Source of the DNA: Candidatus Sulfotelmatobacter sp.
GTDB taxonomy: Bacteria; Acidobacteriota; Terriglobia; Terriglobales; Acidobacteriaceae
Assembly (NCBI GenBank): GCA_049513475.1
Contig: JBEKWC010000011.1
Location: 45,664 to 109,663 of the forward strand
Length of the DNA: 64,000 nt
Reading direction: 5' to 3'
Within the stretch, counting starts at the first letter, position 1. Each line of letters begins with the position of its first letter. The translations under genes were made by a program, and so were the position numbers. Shown here piece after piece: positions 61,896-64,000 of the stretch. The notes under the pieces were generated by a model that worked only from the letters and a program-made list of their open reading frames with translations, was not told the DNA's origin and searched no databases.

Positions 61896-63659
61896 TCACT
61901 GCATCAGTTCCCAGCCGTCTTGCTTCATCTTGCGGTTGACCCACTGCTGAAGTTTGGCCATGGTTGCTGGAGCTATGCCGGCTAATCGAATTCCCGCTAG
62001 TCCGCCGCCCTCCGACCAGGCAATGTAGCCTTGGGCTTCGATAGGAATATCTTCGTCGGGAAGAACGAAGCTTGCCTGCAGGACTCCCTCCCACTTCGCC
62101 GATGGGGCGAGTCCCTCCACGCCGATGCCGCTCGCGCTCAGGTTTACGGCATTCAGCCGGATCGCTTCGCCGCTGGAATTCTTCAGAGAGACAGGAAAGT
62201 GAACTTTTACCCGATAGGTTTTTTGCTGTTCCAACCCCAGCGCGCCCAAGCTTGGAGGCTTTTCGCCGGCGGGGCTGTTGATTTGATATTCGCGCAATTT
62301 GCGGCTTAGAGTGCGGCGCGAAATGCCCAGCTGTTCCGCCGCCAGGGCGCGATGGCCTCCGGTTCTCTCCAGAGCCTTGCGGATCATTTGTTCTTCCATG
62401 GCTTCGAGGTCGGTGCCGTTGTCGAGGGCAACGGCATATTCGGGAGGCGCGGCCGTGGTGGTTGGCGGAGGCGCTTGCTCCGCCTGTTGCGCGATTTCGA
62501 CGGCGACTTCTTCGACGCCGATTTTTTCCTCCGCCGATTCCACGCTGAGTTTCGCGATGACGTTGCGCAGTTCGCGGATGTTGCCCATCCAAGGATGAGC
62601 CTGCAACCTACGCAAAGCCTCCTCGCTGAAGTTTTTTCCCGGAGCCTTGAGGTTCAGAAAATATCGCGCCAGGACGGCGATATCGTCCGGGCGTTCGCGC
62701 AGAGGCGGAACGCGCAGGTGAAACTGGCTGATGCGATGAAACAAGTCTTTGCGGAAGCGGCCCTCTTTTACCGCGGCTTCGAGATTCTGATTGGTGGCCG
62801 CGACCACGCGTACATCGACTTTCACTTGGCGATTGCCGCCCAGGCGGAAGTAGGGCTTGCCATCGAGAACGCGCAGCAGCTTCACCTGAATATGCGCCGG
62901 TAGTTCGCCGATTTCGTCGAGGAAAAGCGTGCCTTTATCGGCCATTTCGAACAGGCCGGGCTTGCCCGAATCCGCGCCGCTGAATGCGCCTTTCTCATAA
63001 CCGAAGAGTTCGCTCTCGACGAGGTGTTCGGGAAGTGCGGCGCAGTTGACCTCGACAAACGGCAGCTTGCTGCGGAAGGAAGATTTGTGAATGGTGTGCG
63101 CCACCAACTCCTTACCGGTGCCAGTCTCTCCGGTGATGAGAACGGTTTCGTTGTGGGTGGCGATGCGATCGACCAGGCCCATGAACTTGTGCATGAGCAG
63201 GCTGGCGATAATAAAGCGAGTGCCGTCGAGATCGCGCTCCACCACCACGGCCCGGGCCGCTCCGGCGGCGGATTCCGGCGTCTGCGGGGAACTCATCGGC
63301 AGCGCCCGAGCATCCCGCTCCGCGGGATCGAATGACACGATGACGAAACCGGCCGGCTCTGAATCGTGGCCGCGCAGGAGCGAGATTGAAACCGGCAGAT
63401 CGATCATCGTCCCGGATTTGGTTCGCTGAACAACGCGGCCGTGGAAGCGTTGGTTGGCCCGCACTCGATTTAAGAGGCAATCCGGTTCATCGCCGAATTC
63501 CTTTCCGAGCAAAGCTACCATCCTGCCGATAAGTTCGTTAGCGCTGTAGCCGTAGACCCGCTGCGCCGAGAGGTTGCAGCTGGTGATTTCGCCTTCGAGG
63601 TCGGTGGTGATCACGCCGGCCGGAAGCTGATCGAGTATCGCCGCGGGCAAGAGCTGCAT
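61896..63659 (-). CDS. Sigma-54-dependent activator: PAS - AAA+ - Fis-type HTH - C-terminal PilZ-like domain
   Basis: PAS (LPAGVITTDLEGEITSCN..), Walker A GETGTGKE, GAFSGA (GAFTGA variant), Walker B LFLDEIGE, HTH LGISRRTLSRKLRE. A further ~120 aa contains NLSASGIGV, matching the (D/N)xSxxG PilZ motif. An alternative upstream GTG start lies at 63884. Confidence 0.8.
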   Translation of the reverse strand: MQLLPAAILDQLPAGVITTDLEGEITSCNLSAQRVYGYSANELIGRMVALLGKEFGDEPDCLLNRVRANQRFHGRVVQRTKSGTMIDLPVSISLLRGHDSEPAGFVIVSFDPAERDARALPMSSPQTPESAAGAARAVVVERDLDGTRFIIASLLMHKFMGLVDRIATHNETVLITGETGTGKELVAHTIHKSSFRSKLPFVEVNCAALPEHLVESELFGYEKGAFSGADSGKPGLFEMADKGTLFLDEIGELPAHIQVKLLRVLDGKPYFRLGGNRQVKVDVRVVAATNQNLEAAVKEGRFRKDLFHRISQFHLRVPPLRERPDDIAVLARYFLNLKAPGKNFSEEALRRLQAHPWMGNIRELRNVIAKLSVESAEEKIGVEEVAVEIAQQAEQAPPPTTTAAPPEYAVALDNGTDLEAMEEQMIRKALERTGGHRALAAEQLGISRRTLSRKLREYQINSPAGEKPPSLGALGLEQQKTYRVKVHFPVSLKNSSGEAIRLNAVNLSASGIGVEGLAPSAKWEGVLQASFVLPDEDIPIEAQGYIAWSEGGGLAGIRLAGIAPATMAKLQQWVNRKMKQDGWELMQ

Positions 63660-64000
63660 GTCCGCACCCAGGTGGGATGAGCTCGGTTCCGCGGGGCCGG
63701 CCAAAACCTGAACGCCGGATTTGTATGAATCGGTCGCCTTTGCCACGCGTTCGTCGGCCCTCGCAACCTGCCATCCTTGCGGCTCGTAAGGTCGGATGGA
63801 TCCGGCAGATGCAGTCTCCCGCGATCGCGATCCGCAGAAGCTGACCTGATATTGTCGCTTGGGAGCGTCGCGTGCAGCCAGCACTCTCTCGCAAATTTGG
63901 AACGAAGGTAACTTCCCTCAAAGATCAAATTTCCGGCCTGCCATGCGGGCCACACCACGGGCGCTGACACCAACGTAACTGCAATCAATCCTTATGGTAA

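Noticed and set aside
1-64000. Prophage, IS element, integron or defence island (restriction-modification, retron, CBASS and similar)
   Set aside because: No integrase, transposase, reverse transcriptase, nuclease-helicase or methylase motifs were recognised in any frame. The only toxin-type genes are the vapBC pair and its decayed copy.

Overview
High-GC bacterial chromosome segment. The protein families and intergenic repeat families suggest Acidobacteriota, but that is an inference I cannot verify here. No searches were run, so product calls rest on motifs read from the supplied translations and on start, stop and RBS checks in the DNA. Most of the window is core metabolism and housekeeping. 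It includes LemA/DUF2207, HtrA, OsmC, two tRNAs, a trpCFBA-chorismate mutase-DAHP synthase-tyrA-scoAB gene string, lolE and lolD, pyrE, mtnA, clpC, purB and a fucosidase/uxaC/MFS/GH28 sugar-acid cluster. Four parts stand out. (1) At 40.7-50.4 kb a CarH/LitR-like B12-binding MerR regulator sits between two divergent, tightly coupled operons. These encode a desaturase, an FAD oxidoreductase, DUF1365, two CFA-synthase-like methyltransferases, DUF1475/DUF2062/DUF1295 membrane proteins, a peroxiredoxin and ferrochelatase. (2) At 57.6-63.7 kb a PAS-AAA+-HTH sigma-54 activator carries an extra C-terminal PilZ-like domain. It lies next to a candidate -24/-12 promoter driving a subtilase with SV(L/V)WG hexapeptide repeats, and a mini-ORF carries the same repeats. 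(3) The intergenic DNA is unusually repeat-rich, with hairpins built from tandem 7-8 nt words and at least three REP-like families, one copy of which lies in frame inside lolE. (4) A tandemly duplicated, structured non-coding element lies at 2.39-2.69 kb. There is also a decayed islet at 33.4-36.8 kb holding a frameshifted gene, a vapC pseudogene and a ClC channel remnant. I saw no CRISPR array, transposase, integrase or rRNA.
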